A DNA stretch of 64,000 nt, taken from NCBI GenBank assembly GCA_029218425.1, contig JAQXRH010000078.1:7302-71301 (forward strand), written 5' to 3'. Below are positions 20,395 to 29,899 of this stretch, piece after piece. The position numbers and the translations under genes are program-made. Position 1 is the first letter of the stretch; every line of letters begins with the position of its first letter. The stretch comes from Bacteroidales bacterium. Lineage in GTDB: Bacteria > Bacteroidota > Bacteroidia > Bacteroidales > Muribaculaceae. The notes under the pieces were generated by a model that saw nothing but the letters and a program-made list of their open reading frames with translations, did no database searches and was not told the origin of the DNA.

Positions 20395-20502
20395 GGCGAG
20401 GCTAAAGCCTCTACACAGGACCAAGACGGCGGGGCGAGCATGGCGGTGGGCTAGGTGGTGAGCGAGGCTAAAGCCTCTATACAGGACCAAGACGTCGGGG
20501 CG
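20395..20502 (+). repeat. Two further REP module B copies
   Basis: gcgaggctaaagcctcta(c/t)acaggaccaagacg at 20395-20436 and 20462-20502. Confidence 0.88.
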
Positions 20503-20566
20503 AGAGGAAGTGGAAATAGTGCAAACATTTTATACAATTGGGATACAATTAATATGAATAAATATT

Positions 20567-20574
20567 TATCTTTG
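20567..20574 (+). promoter_or_regulatory. -7 promoter box for the 1070-aa gene
   Basis: TATCTTTG in the AT-rich stretch upstream of 20722. Confidence 0.55.
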
Positions 20575-20721
20575 CAAAAAAATATGCAAAGGTAAATAGC
20601 GGCGATAAAATCGGGCATATAGCATGCGAGAAATGCCGTAAAAGAAAGGACGAAATCTAATAGGTTAACAATCAATATTTTACATTTAACAATTAACATT
20701 TTTCATTTAAACACGAAATCG

Positions 20722-23700
20722 ATGAAAAGAATTACCAGGATTACCGCTACGCTGTGGTTATTATCGGCGGCGGTATCAGGAGCGGCGGCCGTGCCGTCAC
20801 GTTCGGCATCGTTGGAAAACCTTCGCATCAAGGGAGTACTGATGTATGACAATGAAAAGAGCGTGGAGAATTTGGGATTGTATGAATACACGGTCACATC
20901 TCCAATTTCACGGCGCATATTAACACCACTACCCCGAGTGTATGCCAACGGCGGCAGCGTGGTCAAAGACAACAAGCTCTATACTTATAGCTATGACATA
21001 CAATACGGCTATGTCAACTCAGCCCGCTATTACGTATACGACTTGACAAGCGGGGAGCAATTGAGCAGCACTTCGATGGGGTATGACGTAGCTACAGCCT
21101 ACAGCCATGCGGCAGTATCGAGTGCCATAGACCCGACTACAGGCATAGTGTATTCATCGGGTTACGAATACAACGAGACAGATAAGACACTGACTGTGAA
21201 ACTGAAGACATGGGACCTTGAGGGGAACAGCAAAACTACAATAGGAGATATGCAAGCGCCACTGATAGTGATGGCATTTGACAAATCAGGCCAGCTGTGG
21301 GGCATCACTGCGAGCTCGACGACGAGTTCGGCCGATGGCGGTTATCTGATAAAGGTTGACAAGTCGACCGGCGAGCAGACCTTGATAGGCGACACCGGGG
21401 TACGGCCATATTACGACCAGTCGGCAGTGATTGACCCGGCGAACGGCACGTTTTATTGGCTTGCCAATACACAGACAGAGGAAGCCAACCTCTATAGTGT
21501 AGACCTTGGGGACGGGTCAGCCACATTGATAGGTGCATTCCCCAACGGCGACGAAATAGTAGCCGCCAGCATCAATCCTACGGAATATGACGACGCAGCG
21601 CCGTCGGCCGCCAAGAACTTGATATTCACAGCAACGGCGCCGTACGGGCTCACCGTGGAATTCGACATGCCAACGACGAGTTACGATGGGACGCCCTTGA
21701 CTGGCGAAATATATTGGGCAATACATATCGATGGAACCAAACAGGTGGAGATATCGGGGAAGGCCGAAGCCGGAGGGCATGTTAAAGAGAGCGTAGATTT
21801 CGAGTCGTCGCAACAGGTTGAAGTGACAATTGCGACAGCCAAGGACGCGGCATTCGGGCCCTATGCTGTAGGGAAGGCTTATGTAGGCTACGATAAGCTG
21901 AAAGCAGTGGGCAATCTGAAACTGACATATGCCGAAAACACCAACACCTTGACATGGGAAGCGCCGACCGAAGGGTATTACAACGGATTGCAAGCGACAG
22001 ACGGTTACCGGTATCGCATCACGCGTATGCCAGAAGGGGAGGTTGTAGCCGAAGCACATGAAGGCACCACATTCAGCGAAGTAGTCGCCGACGAGAACTT
22101 GCGCAGCACCTACTATACGGTGGCGGCAGTCAATGGCGACGTGACCGGAGACGAAGCGACATCAAATAGCGTAGTGACTGGTTCGGCAATCACACCTCCC
22201 TACAGCCAGGATTTCACGGAGAGCAATTCATTGGATCTCTTCACCATAGTAGATGGTAATGCCGACAACAACACATGGTATTTATCGGTCAAATCAGCTA
22301 AATACCGTCAGTCGACTACAAAAAGCGCAGATGATTACCTCTTCATGCCGGCATTCAACCTCAAAGGGGGCAATAGCTACGAATTGACATTCGACGGCTA
22401 CGGCACCAATGCGACGAGATATACCAACTTGGTAGACGTGGTGATAGCCACAACGCCTGAAGCTGCCGGAGCACAATCATTGATTGACGCACCGTTTGAA
22501 TATAAGAACACCAGCACGACGGTTACCAATAATAAGGTGACCATCAAGCCGGAGACCGATGGCAAATACTATATAGGATTTCACATAGTGAGTGCCAAAT
22601 CGCAGGGCACGATGACTATAGACAATATCGCGCTATCGGCAGGGAAAAGCATGGCAGTGCCAGGAGTAGCCAGCGACTTCAATGTGGCAGCCGGCGATCA
22701 AGGAGCGCTGACAGCATCCATCTCCATCACAGCACCGACGACAACCGCCGCCGGCAATGTCCTTGACGGGGAGCTCACGCTTACCCTAACCAAAGGTGAA
22801 ACGGTGATATACGACGGAGCCATCGCAGCCGGAGAGACAAAAGCATTTAGCGATGACACGATCACCGAGTCGGGCAACTATACCTACAGCGCATATTTCA
22901 GCAATGGTGAGGGCAAAGGCGAAGTGACCGACAAGACCGTATATGTAGGCGTCGACACACCCGTAGCGCCATTGGGAGTAACTCTTATCGACAATAATGA
23001 CGGAAGCGCGACTGTAAGCTGGGCAGCAGTGTCGGAAGGAGAGCATGGCGGATATGTCAATGCGGCAGGAGTGGTGTACACCATCCTTGCCACCGCCGAC
23101 AACAGCGTAATCAAGAGCGGAATCACTTCAACCACAGCCACCATCGACATAGCAACAGAAGGAGCCCAATCGTTCTACTCAGTGAAAGTTGCTTCAGGAT
23201 ATGTCGAGAATGCCACCAGCCCATCAACGGCCTCAAACGAGGTGCTTGTGGGAGCGGCATACACACTACCCTACTCCGAGACATTTGCCAATGCCACTAC
23301 CGCCACTACTCCATGGACCAAAGAGGTGGTAAGCGGCAAGAGCAGTGACACGTCATGGTCAGCACGAGCAGATAACGACCAGAACGGCGATGGAGGATCG
23401 GCCGACATGACGGCCTACGCAGCGGCATCAAGCCGATGGGCAGGACCTAAGATTGACATTTCGGGAGCGATAGAGCCGGTTGTAGAAGCGTATGTATATC
23501 TACCAGATGGGAATAGCCGGTTCACGCTCCAATTGCAGAAAGACAACGGCGAATGGATAGACCTTGCGAGCATAGATAGTGCGGCAGACAGCTGGGCGCC
23601 GATATCAGCAGATCTCACGGCCTACAAGAGCCGCAATGTGCGTCTTGGGCTTCTTGGCGAAAGTCTTGGCGGGATGCGCTTCATCTACGTTGACAATATT

Positions 23701-23934
23701 ACCATCAAGGACAAGACCGACGGAGCCACAGCCCTAACGGCTGCAACCGATGTGGAAATAGCAGTGACAGCTGGAGCTATAGTAGTCAATGCAGCATCCG
23801 AAATGCCAATAATGATCTATACTCCTGACGGACGATGCATAGCAAGCCGCAACGCACAACATGCCAGCATATCGGTAGGCAGCGGCGTCTACATCGTCAA
23901 AGCCGGAACGACGACGGCCAAGGTAGTGCTGTAA
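20722..23934 (+). CDS. Large secreted multidomain protein (propeller-like N-terminus, Fn3-like and cleaved-adhesin-like domains, T9SS-type CTD)
   Basis: Signal peptide; LTWEAP/YRYRITR Fn3 pattern; PYSQDF..FTIVDGNADNNTW..ADDYL adhesin-like motif; C-terminal GVYIVKAG...KVVL. Confidence 0.75.
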   Translation: MKRITRITATLWLLSAAVSGAAAVPSRSASLENLRIKGVLMYDNEKSVENLGLYEYTVTSPISRRILTPLPRVYANGGSVVKDNKLYTYSYDIQYGYVNSARYYVYDLTSGEQLSSTSMGYDVATAYSHAAVSSAIDPTTGIVYSSGYEYNETDKTLTVKLKTWDLEGNSKTTIGDMQAPLIVMAFDKSGQLWGITASSTTSSADGGYLIKVDKSTGEQTLIGDTGVRPYYDQSAVIDPANGTFYWLANTQTEEANLYSVDLGDGSATLIGAFPNGDEIVAASINPTEYDDAAPSAAKNLIFTATAPYGLTVEFDMPTTSYDGTPLTGEIYWAIHIDGTKQVEISGKAEAGGHVKESVDFESSQQVEVTIATAKDAAFGPYAVGKAYVGYDKLKAVGNLKLTYAENTNTLTWEAPTEGYYNGLQATDGYRYRITRMPEGEVVAEAHEGTTFSEVVADENLRSTYYTVAAVNGDVTGDEATSNSVVTGSAITPPYSQDFTESNSLDLFTIVDGNADNNTWYLSVKSAKYRQSTTKSADDYLFMPAFNLKGGNSYELTFDGYGTNATRYTNLVDVVIATTPEAAGAQSLIDAPFEYKNTSTTVTNNKVTIKPETDGKYYIGFHIVSAKSQGTMTIDNIALSAGKSMAVPGVASDFNVAAGDQGALTASISITAPTTTAAGNVLDGELTLTLTKGETVIYDGAIAAGETKAFSDDTITESGNYTYSAYFSNGEGKGEVTDKTVYVGVDTPVAPLGVTLIDNNDGSATVSWAAVSEGEHGGYVNAAGVVYTILATADNSVIKSGITSTTATIDIATEGAQSFYSVKVASGYVENATSPSTASNEVLVGAAYTLPYSETFANATTATTPWTKEVVSGKSSDTSWSARADNDQNGDGGSADMTAYAAASSRWAGPKIDISGAIEPVVEAYVYLPDGNSRFTLQLQKDNGEWIDLASIDSAADSWAPISADLTAYKSRNVRLGLLGESLGGMRFIYVDNITIKDKTDGATALTAATDVEIAVTAGAIVVNAASEMPIMIYTPDGRCIASRNAQHASISVGSGVYIVKAGTTTAKVVL

Positions 23935-23945
23935 AATAGGCACGA

Positions 23946-24287
23946 GGCTATAACGAGATACAGCATAGCCATGCAAACCTGCATGGCTATGCTATTTTTA
24001 TGCGGGGCGGAGGTAAATCGGCGTCGCTCCGGATGCCAGCGGAGATGGGCATGTGTGACCCCGCACACCTCGGTCGCTGCGCTCCCTCGGCGTACGGGGC
24101 TACGAATAATCGGCGTCCTGGGCGGACGCCCCGGGCGGCAGCGGAGCGACAAGGCGGGATTTATCGGGATTTATCGAGAATTATCGGGATTTATCGAGAG
24201 ATAATAGGGGCGATGGCGGAGGCGAGTGGCGAGGTCGAGGCGGTGGGCGAGGCTAAAGCCTCTACACAGAACCAAGACGGCGGGGCG
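23946..24287 (+). repeat. Composite direct repeat, copy 2
   Basis: Same module order as 19872-20216. Confidence 0.9.
23962..23999 (+). terminator. Intrinsic terminator downstream of the 1070-aa gene
   Basis: Perfect 13-bp stem agcatagccatgc/gcatggctatgct plus T run. Confidence 0.8.
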
Positions 24288-24432
24288 GCGGGGCGAGGCG
24301 GTGGTGGGCGAGGGGGTAAAATTATTTTGGGGAATTATTTGGAAAAATGAAAATAATGGTATATATTCGTGATGTTTCAATCACGCTACAGCCGATGAGG
24401 ATGGGCGGAAGCAATTGGAATGTGACGATAAA

Positions 24433-25335
24433 ATGCTGATAGATCGTTATCTTACATATTTGCGGTGTGAACTGAATTATTCGGTTCACACCGTTTCGTC
24501 ATATTCGCGTGATATACGACAGTTTGCCGAGTATTGCGGGCGTGGAAGGATTGAGGAGTTTGATCCGACGATAGCGAGCAACAGTGATGTAAGGGGGTGG
24601 CTTGCGAAGTTGACGCAGGAGGGTGACACGCGGCGTACGTTGCGGCGCAAGGTGCAGTCGTTGCGGTCGTTATACCGTTATCTGATGCTGATAGGTGCGA
24701 CGGATAGCAATCCTGCGTTTGACATCAGTATAGCCCGGCCTACGGCGGCGTTGCCGACGTTTATACGCAAAGAGGAGATAAATCATCTGCTTGACGAGCC
24801 TTACGATACGGATGATCTCATAGAGAGCCGTAACAGGTTGATGCTGATGATACTATACACTACGGGGATGCGGCGAGCGGAGTTAATAGGGCTTATGGAC
24901 AGCAATATTGACACCGGGAGGTGCGAGCTGAAGGTGCTTGGCAAGCGCAACAAAGAGCGTATCATACCCTTTGGGGATGAGCTACGCGCGATGATAGAGC
25001 ACTACCGTGATTTGCGGCGGAAATCGGGGATAGGGGAAGCGCCATATTTTCTGACGCGACGCAATGGGGAGCAGTTGTATCCAAAGATTGTCAACATGGT
25101 GGTGAAAGATGCTCTTGACCCCGACGAGATACATGCGGCCAAGCGGACGCCGCACGTGTTGCGCCACACCTTTGCGACCGATATGCTGAACAATGGCGCC
25201 GACATCAATGCCGTGCAGCAGTTGTTGGGGCATACGACATTATCAACGACCCAGATATACACACATATATCATACCGTGAATTAAAACAAAATTATCAAC
25301 TTGCGCACCCACGCGCACTAAAAAAAGGAGGATAA
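24433..25335 (+). CDS. xerC: XerC/XerD-family tyrosine recombinase (ORF track start 24415 is TTG; ATG at 24433 preferred)
   Basis: YTTGMRRAEL, GKRNKER, HVLRHTFAT, LLGH, TTQIY; typical position before hpf. Confidence 0.85.
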   Translation: MLIDRYLTYLRCELNYSVHTVSSYSRDIRQFAEYCGRGRIEEFDPTIASNSDVRGWLAKLTQEGDTRRTLRRKVQSLRSLYRYLMLIGATDSNPAFDISIARPTAALPTFIRKEEINHLLDEPYDTDDLIESRNRLMLMILYTTGMRRAELIGLMDSNIDTGRCELKVLGKRNKERIIPFGDELRAMIEHYRDLRRKSGIGEAPYFLTRRNGEQLYPKIVNMVVKDALDPDEIHAAKRTPHVLRHTFATDMLNNGADINAVQQLLGHTTLSTTQIYTHISYRELKQNYQLAHPRALKKGG

Positions 25336-25336
25336 T

Positions 25337-25627
25337 ATGGAAGTACGTATTCAAGCGATCCATTTTGACATCGCCGACAGATTGACAGCGTTTATCAACA
25401 AGAAGGCAGAGAAGCTTGCCCGGCGCAACGAGTCGATAACGACCGTCGATGTGACGCTAAAGGTAGTTAAGCCGGAGACAGCGATGAATAAAGAGGTAAT
25501 AATCAAGGTTATAGAGCCGCAACAGCCCGAAATCGTTGCCACGAAGACGGCCGATACGTTTGAGGAAGCTGTTGACAATGCGTTGGAGGCTCTCGACCGG
25601 CAACTTGCAAAGCGCAAAGACAAATAG
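25337..25627 (+). CDS. hpf: Ribosome hibernation factor HPF/RaiA
   Basis: 96 aa; IQAIHFD...TFEEAVD; follows xerC. Confidence 0.88.
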   Translation: MEVRIQAIHFDIADRLTAFINKKAEKLARRNESITTVDVTLKVVKPETAMNKEVIIKVIEPQQPEIVATKTADTFEEAVDNALEALDRQLAKRKDK

Positions 25628-25651
25628 GAGTAATAGACCGGAATAGATAAT

Positions 25652-25690
25652 ACTGTCCGCTAAGGGGGGATTGCCCTTTTAGCGGACAGT
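25652..25690 (+). terminator. Terminator hairpin after hpf
   Basis: actgtccgctaagggg / cttttagcggacagt. Confidence 0.75.
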
Positions 25691-25740
25691 TGTTTATGTT
25701 TCACAAGACGGGGTATCAGCCGCCAGCCCGCAGGGCGATG

Positions 25741-25958
25741 TAAATCGGCGTCGCTACGGACGCCACCTGTGGGGGTTATCGAGATCCCCGCACACCTCGC
25801 TGCGCTCGGCGTACGGGGCTACGAATAATCGGCGTGCTGCCGCACGCCCGCGGCAGGTGGAGAGGGGCGGATGGTCTGGCTAGGCGGGCGGAGGTGGTGG
25901 CGGCCGTGGCGGTAGGATTAATCGAGATTTATCAGGATTTATCGAGATTAATCGGGAT
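25741..25958 (+). repeat. REP module A copy 3 plus decamer array
   Basis: taaatcggcgtc..gacgcc..ccccgcacacc..ggcgtacggggctacgaataatcggcgtgc..gcacgcc; ggattaatcgagatttatcaggatttatcgagattaatcgggat. Confidence 0.85.
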
Positions 25959-26111
25959 GGAAATTGACGCTTGCGTTGTGTGGCCGCTGGGGCTGGGTTG
26001 GGAGAGGGGGACGCCCTTGCCGTGGTGGCGGCGGGGCATAGATGGGTGGAAGCCGCACGGTGGGTGGGGAGAGGCGGACGCCCGAGGCGGTGGTGGGGTG
26101 TTGTTGGTGGA

Positions 26112-27035
26112 TTAGAAGCCGAATGAGATGCCGGTGGAGATGGTTTGGAATTTGGGGGATGTGGTGGATGATTTGAAGAAGTCGTAGGGGGAGTATTTGA
26201 CATAGAGGCATACTCCGCAGGCTACTTGGACGCCGAGCTGCAGGTCGATGCTGAATTTGCGATGGCCTATTCGGTCGTAGTTTTCCTTTACTTTTTCGCC
26301 GGCGGCGTTGACATATTGAGTGAGCATTGAAGCGTGGGAGTTCCAGTTGAAGAAGGCTGAAAATTTGAAGCCGAGGTTGGATTTACCCAGGGCTTTGACG
26401 GGCGAAGTATAGGAGTAGGCGATGGGGAATGAGAGGGAGAAAGCTTTGATACGTGAGAACTTGCCGTCGGTGTCGGCAGGATAGCCGGTGATAATGGTGT
26501 TGCCATCGACGAGGTCGAAGCGATTGTCGCCGGTCATGCGGTAGTTACGCCAATTGACGCCGACGCCCACTTGGATGGCATTGCGTTTTGAGGGACCGAA
26601 TTTGCGGGCGAAGTAAGCGATGTTGTCGATACCAATTTCAAACGATTTGCCCATCTGAGTGTTCATGGCAGCGGGAGCGTCGATAGCGCCGGTGAAGCCG
26701 AAGTGGAGGCCTTGGAGAAATCCTAAGACATTGTCGCAGCGGTTGACCTTGAGAGAGAGGGGCATGGAGAAGCTTTGGTGAGACTTGATGACAGCGTTGT
26801 TGTCGTAGGCGATAGCGCAAGTGGAGTGGTAGGTAGAGTCGTTGCCTTCGCCTTTGACATCGAGGCATAGGCCATCGGGTGTTTCGGTAATGACGACATT
26901 ATGGGCGTTTCTGACACACAAAACGGTGTCGACCTGATAGGGGATTGAATAGTCGGGGTCGTCGAGCTGGTTGGCGGCCGAGACATTGGTTATGGAAAAG
27001 AGGGCGAGAGAAGCCGCGATGATAGAATATTTCAT
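26112..27035 (-). CDS. Outer-membrane beta-barrel protein (PorT-like)
   Basis: Signal peptide; amphipathic strands; YVKYSP and terminal ISFGF. Confidence 0.7.
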   Translation of the reverse strand: MKYSIIAASLALFSITNVSAANQLDDPDYSIPYQVDTVLCVRNAHNVVITETPDGLCLDVKGEGNDSTYHSTCAIAYDNNAVIKSHQSFSMPLSLKVNRCDNVLGFLQGLHFGFTGAIDAPAAMNTQMGKSFEIGIDNIAYFARKFGPSKRNAIQVGVGVNWRNYRMTGDNRFDLVDGNTIITGYPADTDGKFSRIKAFSLSFPIAYSYTSPVKALGKSNLGFKFSAFFNWNSHASMLTQYVNAAGEKVKENYDRIGHRKFSIDLQLGVQVACGVCLYVKYSPYDFFKSSTTSPKFQTISTGISFGF

Positions 27036-27056
27036 GATGATTGGATGGTGAAAAGA

Positions 27057-27923
27057 TTAGAATCCTATGTTAATACCAAACGAGATGACATCGAACTGCG
27101 GGCCATCGGCGGATTTGAAAAGCGCGAGAGGTGAGTATCGGCAATAAAGGCTGAATACATCCCAGCCGATAGCGCCGAAGATGTCGTAGGTGAGGATGCG
27201 CTGCTGAAGGTCCTTGAGCGATTTTTCGTAGACGCGATTGTCGATGGAATACTTATTGGAGGCGGTGGTGTAGGTGTTGAACTTCATGACCACGCCAGTG
27301 GAGAAGCTGAAGCCGTCGGCGATGTTTTGCGTGATGGTAAATGGCACGTCGAAGCCGAAGTTGTAGAGGCGTACATGGCTATCGCGTGCGCCTTGGGGCA
27401 ATGCGGTGATAGACAGCGCCTTGCCGTTGCGGCCGAACATGAGATTGTCGTGAAGGGCAAACTTCTGGGTGAAGAAGCCGACGCCGAGAGAGAAAGTAGG
27501 ACCTTTAGCCCAGGGAGAGTAGTTAAGGCCGACAATCTTACCGACAGCCACATCCAAAGAATTGTCGAGGCCTTTAGGGCCGTCGATGGGCATGCATATG
27601 CCAATCTGAATGTGAGAGAGCCAAGTCACCTCGCTTTTGCGGCGCACCTCATCCTTAAGGAAAGGCAAAGAGAGGCCCCATTCTTCGGAGGAGGAGGCAA
27701 CGTCGTCGGCTGCGATGCCACGTTCCATATCATAGGAGTAATAGTAGGTATCGTCGTCGCCTTGCCCTTCGATAGTGATGTTATTGGAAGAAGTAGAGCG
27801 GATGACGAGCACGCTGTGGGCGTCGTTGACCACGGCGAGAGTGTCGGCCGGGGCATCATTGGCGAGAGCTGGCAAAGAGATAGCCATAGCCCCTGCGGCA
27901 GCTATAATGGATGATTTTTTCAT
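27057..27923 (-). CDS. Outer-membrane beta-barrel protein, paralog of 26112-27035
   Basis: Shared DT...AH.V..., GxGxD.TY, YxxYSP and terminal GF. Confidence 0.7.
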   Translation of the reverse strand: MKKSSIIAAAGAMAISLPALANDAPADTLAVVNDAHSVLVIRSTSSNNITIEGQGDDDTYYYSYDMERGIAADDVASSSEEWGLSLPFLKDEVRRKSEVTWLSHIQIGICMPIDGPKGLDNSLDVAVGKIVGLNYSPWAKGPTFSLGVGFFTQKFALHDNLMFGRNGKALSITALPQGARDSHVRLYNFGFDVPFTITQNIADGFSFSTGVVMKFNTYTTASNKYSIDNRVYEKSLKDLQQRILTYDIFGAIGWDVFSLYCRYSPLALFKSADGPQFDVISFGINIGF

Positions 27924-27990
27924 TTGATAAACAATTTTGAATTGGTTAAGGCTGATTGTAGAGCATCGGGCGGCAAGAGCCGAGGGGGCG

Positions 27991-28428
27991 CTACTTCAGC
28001 ATGGCTTTAATTTTTTCGCGCGAGGCGAGGCCTTCAAGATAAATCAGGATAATCTTGTTGCCGCCATTGCGGTTTTGGTTGAGGTAGAAGATGTAGCGTT
28101 GTTTGACGCCCGAGGGCTTAAGTTGGTAGAAGCCATAGTAAAGGCCACCGTCGCGGTAGGATACTTCGCGGTCGACAGCTTTGGCGGCGTCGCGAGTGAC
28201 GAGCGGTTCGATATCGGCGGCGGCTTCGGGGAAGTCGGTAAGAGTGAGCGACCGGTAAAGCGAAAGTGAATAGCTGTCGAGCTTATCGCCCATTATCTGC
28301 GTTTCGCTTGCACGAGGCTCATCATGATAACGTCCATCGAAGAGCGCCCCAATGTTGAGCCTGTCCTGCGCCAACGCGGCCGAAGTGCCGATAGCCCAAA
28401 GCATTAAAAGAGTGATGAAACCTTTCAT
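27991..28428 (-). CDS. Exported protein of the ECF operon (DUF6108-like)
   Basis: Signal peptide; LFDGRY; YYGFYQL; IYLEG. Confidence 0.55.
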   Translation of the reverse strand: MKGFITLLMLWAIGTSAALAQDRLNIGALFDGRYHDEPRASETQIMGDKLDSYSLSLYRSLTLTDFPEAAADIEPLVTRDAAKAVDREVSYRDGGLYYGFYQLKPSGVKQRYIFYLNQNRNGGNKIILIYLEGLASREKIKAMLK

Positions 28429-28522
28429 GTGAATATTGTTGAAAAAAATTTATACTATATTTGACATTGTTAAGGCCAACGGGGCGCCACCGCCCCTGAA
28501 GGCGCAAAAGAGGAACAACTGA

Positions 28523-29110
28523 TTATTTCGGGATAACGCGGAGAGATACAAAATCGTCGGCGATAGACTGATACATAGAGCGTTCGGCCTCGGCCATGCA
28601 ACCCATTTCGCTATTAATCAGCGCCGAGACATCTTCGGGGCTTTCTGGAGAGTAGACGCCGTTGGTCGAGCGTACAGCAGAGAAATGGCCGGCGCTAATG
28701 GAGCGTCGCTTATCGAAGCTGGCTAAAGAGTCGTGTCGGTCGGAAAGGCGGCAATAGCTTGCGGCGCTGAGAGAGTCGGAATTAGGTATTTCTTCAAAGC
28801 GATACATCGATACGACAGCGACGATGAGCACAGCTACGGAAGCCACAGCCGAGATGGCAGTCCATCGCGAGCGGCGCAAACGAGAGAAAGCCGAAGGCGA
28901 TTTTTGGGCTGCATTACGGCATTCGGCTCTACCACAGGCAAAGACGCCCATTACAGCGCGAGCCTCCTCGACGGGAGCATCGGTGCAAGAGGATTGGGCG
29001 AGAAGACGTCGCAAATTACGCTCCTCAGCGAGGGAAGTATCTCCCTCGAAGTAACGGTTGACGAGGCGGAGCAGCTCGTCGTGGTCGGATATGTTGTTAT
29101 TGTTTTTCAT
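28523..29110 (-). CDS. Putative anti-sigma factor
   Basis: RYFEGDTSLAEE N-terminus, one TM helix, directly after the ECF sigma gene. Confidence 0.7.
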   Translation of the reverse strand: MKNNNNISDHDELLRLVNRYFEGDTSLAEERNLRRLLAQSSCTDAPVEEARAVMGVFACGRAECRNAAQKSPSAFSRLRRSRWTAISAVASVAVLIVAVVSMYRFEEIPNSDSLSAASYCRLSDRHDSLASFDKRRSISAGHFSAVRSTNGVYSPESPEDVSALINSEMGCMAEAERSMYQSIADDFVSLRVIPK

Positions 29111-29112
29111 AA

Positions 29113-29628
29113 TCAGTTGTTTCTATGAAGATATATTTGACGGATAGTTTTACGGGCGCGGGATAGGATGACACGGACATTGGCTTCAGAGATGCCCATT
29201 TCGAGGGCGATGTCGTCCATTTCCCAGCCATCGCGGTCGCGGAGGTAGAGGATGCGGCGGTCGCGTTGGGAGAGCGAATTGTCGATAAGAGCGGTTACCT
29301 CGCCATACAGTTCCTTCTGGTTGTTAATGTCATCGTCGTTGTCGTCGATGACAGCAGCGGCAGAGGGATTGTCGTCGATATCGTCGTGCCGGCGGACGGC
29401 ATCGCGACGGATATTGTCGATGCAAATATTACGCACGGTGGTTACCGCTACCCCCTCAACGGCAGAAGCGTTGTCGAAATCGTTTCGGCGGCTCCACAAA
29501 CGCACGAATGCATCTTGCAAAGCGTCGTCGACATCGTCGTCGCCAACCATGCGTTGGGCAGTCGCTCGAAGGCGGCCCTTGATACGCATAAAAACCGATG
29601 TGAGGAGTTCTTCTTTCATTGCTTTCAT
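29113..29628 (-). CDS. ECF RNA polymerase sigma factor (start 29628 or 29619, not 29997)
   Basis: DDALQDAFVRLW region 2; VRNICID; IALEMGISEANVRVILSRARK region 4. Confidence 0.9.
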   Translation of the reverse strand: MKAMKEELLTSVFMRIKGRLRATAQRMVGDDDVDDALQDAFVRLWSRRNDFDNASAVEGVAVTTVRNICIDNIRRDAVRRHDDIDDNPSAAAVIDDNDDDINNQKELYGEVTALIDNSLSQRDRRILYLRDRDGWEMDDIALEMGISEANVRVILSRARKTIRQIYLHRNN

Positions 29629-29891
29629 GTAGGATACGCACAGCACCCGCACTTTGCAACAAATTAATGCAAAAAAATCAAAATAACATAATAATGAGGG
29701 ATGTAAAATCGGCAGCAAGACCGAGAATACACAAAAAAACCGGCCACAACGGGGTGGGAATGGGACAAAGCCATAATGAATGATGAAGAGCAAAACCGCG
29801 GAGCGAATGGGACACAAGCATGCGAAAGTGACAAAACGAATAAAATAGCTAAATAGACAAAAATTTAACACGTGATTACAAAAATAATTAG

Positions 29892-29899
29892 TAACTTTG
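29892..29899 (+). promoter_or_regulatory. -7 promoter box directly before ispB
   Basis: TAACTTTG ending 9 nt before ATG 29909. Confidence 0.7.

Noticed and set aside
19897-20490. ORFs over the repeats (19897-20271, 23971-24350, 25834-26211, 33882-34193)
   Set aside because: Translations of GC-rich REP sequence with frames not conserved between copies
19872-25958. Integron interpretation (tyrosine recombinase plus repeat-delimited cassettes)
   Set aside because: The recombinase is a standard XerC-type in its usual position before hpf and lacks the IntI-specific insertion; repeats lack attC RYYYAAC/GTTRRRY ends and also occur far away at 33.8 kb
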